Source: Promethearchaeota archaeon
GTDB taxonomy: Archaea > Asgardarchaeota > Odinarchaeia > Odinarchaeales > JBHLKK01
Direction of reading: 5' to 3'
NCBI GenBank assembly: GCA_048939465.1
Contig: JBHLPL010000092.1
Location: 1 to 7,644 of the forward strand
Length of the DNA stretch: 7,644 nt
Shown here: piece by piece, positions 6,287-7,644 of the stretch
How positions within the stretch are numbered: position 1 is the stretch's first letter
Layout of the letters: every line of letters begins with the position of its first letter
Notes under the pieces: model-generated
Databases searched by the model: none
What the model was told of the DNA's origin: nothing
The model's input: only the letters and a program-made list of their open reading frames with translations
Program-made: the position numbers and the translations under genes

Positions 6287-7644
6287 CTTGTTGATAACGA
6301 GGAGATATCGGGATAAGATATATCCTGTCTATGCCAGGCCGAATAAAGAGAATCTGGACATTTCAAACTTGGTCATTCGGACGTATGAAAATCATACAGG
6401 AAAGACCAAGGGGGAATTGAATGAAACAATAAAGGAGATCGAGGACCTTGGTTATGACTATCGTTATGTTAGAGGACTTTCGGTTCTCTTGGATAGACGC
6501 TGTCATTTCGAATCAAGGGCCTCTATTGATCCGGTTGAGGTCAGAAGAGAAGTCTTTGGGATTGCTCATCAAGGGGAATTACCCGTCACCGAAGATGCCA
6601 GGACCGCTATTCTCCGAAAAGCGGCGCTGAAGTTGGGAATAGGAACAGAAGACCTGGAGGAATCACTCTACGCAGACATGGAGGACAATCTTCTTTTAGC
6701 AGAGTTCACACCGATGGATCCTGTGGCTCTCATAAAGATGTTTAACATCAGCCTAACTCAGACTTTGCTTTTCTACTCCACAGAACTTGTTTTCACGACG
6801 AAGGGAGGTTGGCAGGAAATCTTCAGACAGATCAAATGGTTGGGGCTCATCCATAGCATACGGAAAGACGAAGGAATCTTTCAAGTGAAGGTTGACGGCC
6901 CACTATCCCTGTTCAGACTCAATCGAAGATATGGTACAAGGCTGGCTAGACTCCTGCCTACAATCATTAAGGGTAAAGAGTGGGAAGTCAGAGCCAAAAT
7001 ATTGCGTCATAGGGCTGAAAGAAGGCTGTTGAACCTTGAGTTGAGCAATGAGAAACATGGAGAATTCGTTGCTTGGCCCGAATCACTCAGAGAGACAGAA
7101 TCCTATGACAGCCAAGTTGAGGAAGATTTCGCTAATCGGTTTAGGGCTCTCGGTACTGGCTGGAAGCTTGTAAGAGAACCTGACCCCATTCCGGTAAACA
7201 ACCATGTAATGATACCCGATTTCAGTTTTCACAAAGCTGGTATGAAGATTTACCTGGAAGTGATGGGGTTCTGGACGCCGCAGTATCTTAGGCAAAAGAT
7301 CAAAAAATTGGAGAAATTGGAGAACATTGACATAATTATTGCAGCAGACAAGAATCTTGCATGCCAGAAACTGGAGGAAGTTGGAAAAAGGATGAACATA
7401 ATCTACTATAAACGCAGGGTTCCACTGAAACCTATCACAAGTTATCTGAAGAGGAAAGAGGATCACCTATCAGCAGAGCAGACTGAAGTGCTGCTGTCAA
7501 AGGGGATTCAGATTCAGGCCCCAGTCATAGAAGTCAAGGAACTGGCAAGCAAGCTGGGCGTCTTGGAGGAAGCTGTCAGAAAGACCCTACAAGAGCAGCA
7601 GGTCAAAGGGTACATGCAATTGGGAGATATGCTCATAAAAAGAT
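6273..7644 (+). CDS. bax1: Bax1/DUF790-family PD-(D/E)XK endonuclease, partial (3' end beyond the window)
   Basis: Hand translation gives 457 stop-free codons from TTG 6273 (MLPSSLLITRR...). Contains DGPLSLF..NRRYG..LA.LLP, YDSQVEEDF, REPDPI and the nuclease motif MIPDFSF...IYLEVMGFWTPQYL. Overlaps the xpb stop by 14 nt, the known xpb-bax1 arrangement. Confidence 0.93.
   Translation, partial: MLPSSLLITRRYRDKIYPVYARPNKENLDISNLVIRTYENHTGKTKGELNETIKEIEDLGYDYRYVRGLSVLLDRRCHFESRASIDPVEVRREVFGIAHQGELPVTEDARTAILRKAALKLGIGTEDLEESLYADMEDNLLLAEFTPMDPVALIKMFNISLTQTLLFYSTELVFTTKGGWQEIFRQIKWLGLIHSIRKDEGIFQVKVDGPLSLFRLNRRYGTRLARLLPTIIKGKEWEVRAKILRHRAERRLLNLELSNEKHGEFVAWPESLRETESYDSQVEEDFANRFRALGTGWKLVREPDPIPVNNHVMIPDFSFHKAGMKIYLEVMGFWTPQYLRQKIKKLEKLENIDIIIAADKNLACQKLEEVGKRMNIIYYKRRVPLKPITSYLKRKEDHLSAEQTEVLLSKGIQIQAPVIEVKELASKLGVLEEAVRKTLQEQQVKGYMQLGDMLIKR

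Noticed and set aside
686-7466. Short track ORFs at 686, 1676, 3735, 3788, 4050, 4126, 5426, 5707, 5969, 5989, 6448 and 7083
   Set aside because: All lie inside long, motif-bearing genes, on the antisense strand or in alternative frames, and show no recognisable motifs. They are treated as shadow ORFs.
622-7644. Assignment to BREX, DISARM or a type I/III R-M system
   Set aside because: No PglZ/BrxC, DUF1998, HsdS/HsdR or Res-type features. The helicase has XPB hallmarks (RED motif, Bax1 partner).
1-7644. CRISPR array, tRNA/rRNA, IS element or intein
   Set aside because: No regularly spaced repeats, cloverleaf-like segment, transposase, terminal inverted repeats or large in-frame insertion between helicase motifs was seen by eye.

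Overview
Probably archaeal DNA, judged from TATA-box-like promoters about 24-26 nt before start codons and an overlapping XPB-Bax1 pair; the lineage cannot be fixed from this window. Left to right: a possible gene start running off the left edge (minus); two Cys-motif microproteins (+; 60 aa and a 44-aa zinc-ribbon-like ORF missed by the ORF track); a minus-strand two-gene unit of a 4-TM DUF2254-like membrane protein with a long helical-repeat tail followed by an N6-adenine DNA methyltransferase with a target-recognition region but no nuclease domain; and, divergently, an XPB helicase and a Bax1/DUF790 nuclease (the latter is cut by the window edge and absent from the ORF track). The most notable observation is that the membrane-protein and methyltransferase ORFs are in the same frame, separated only by one TAG and 8 sense codons, and the methyltransferase has no convincing start signal of its own. 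This could be a readthrough or broken fusion giving a membrane-anchored DNA methyltransferase, but chance gives such a junction roughly 1 time in 4-5. No RNA genes, CRISPR arrays, integrases or transposases were seen.
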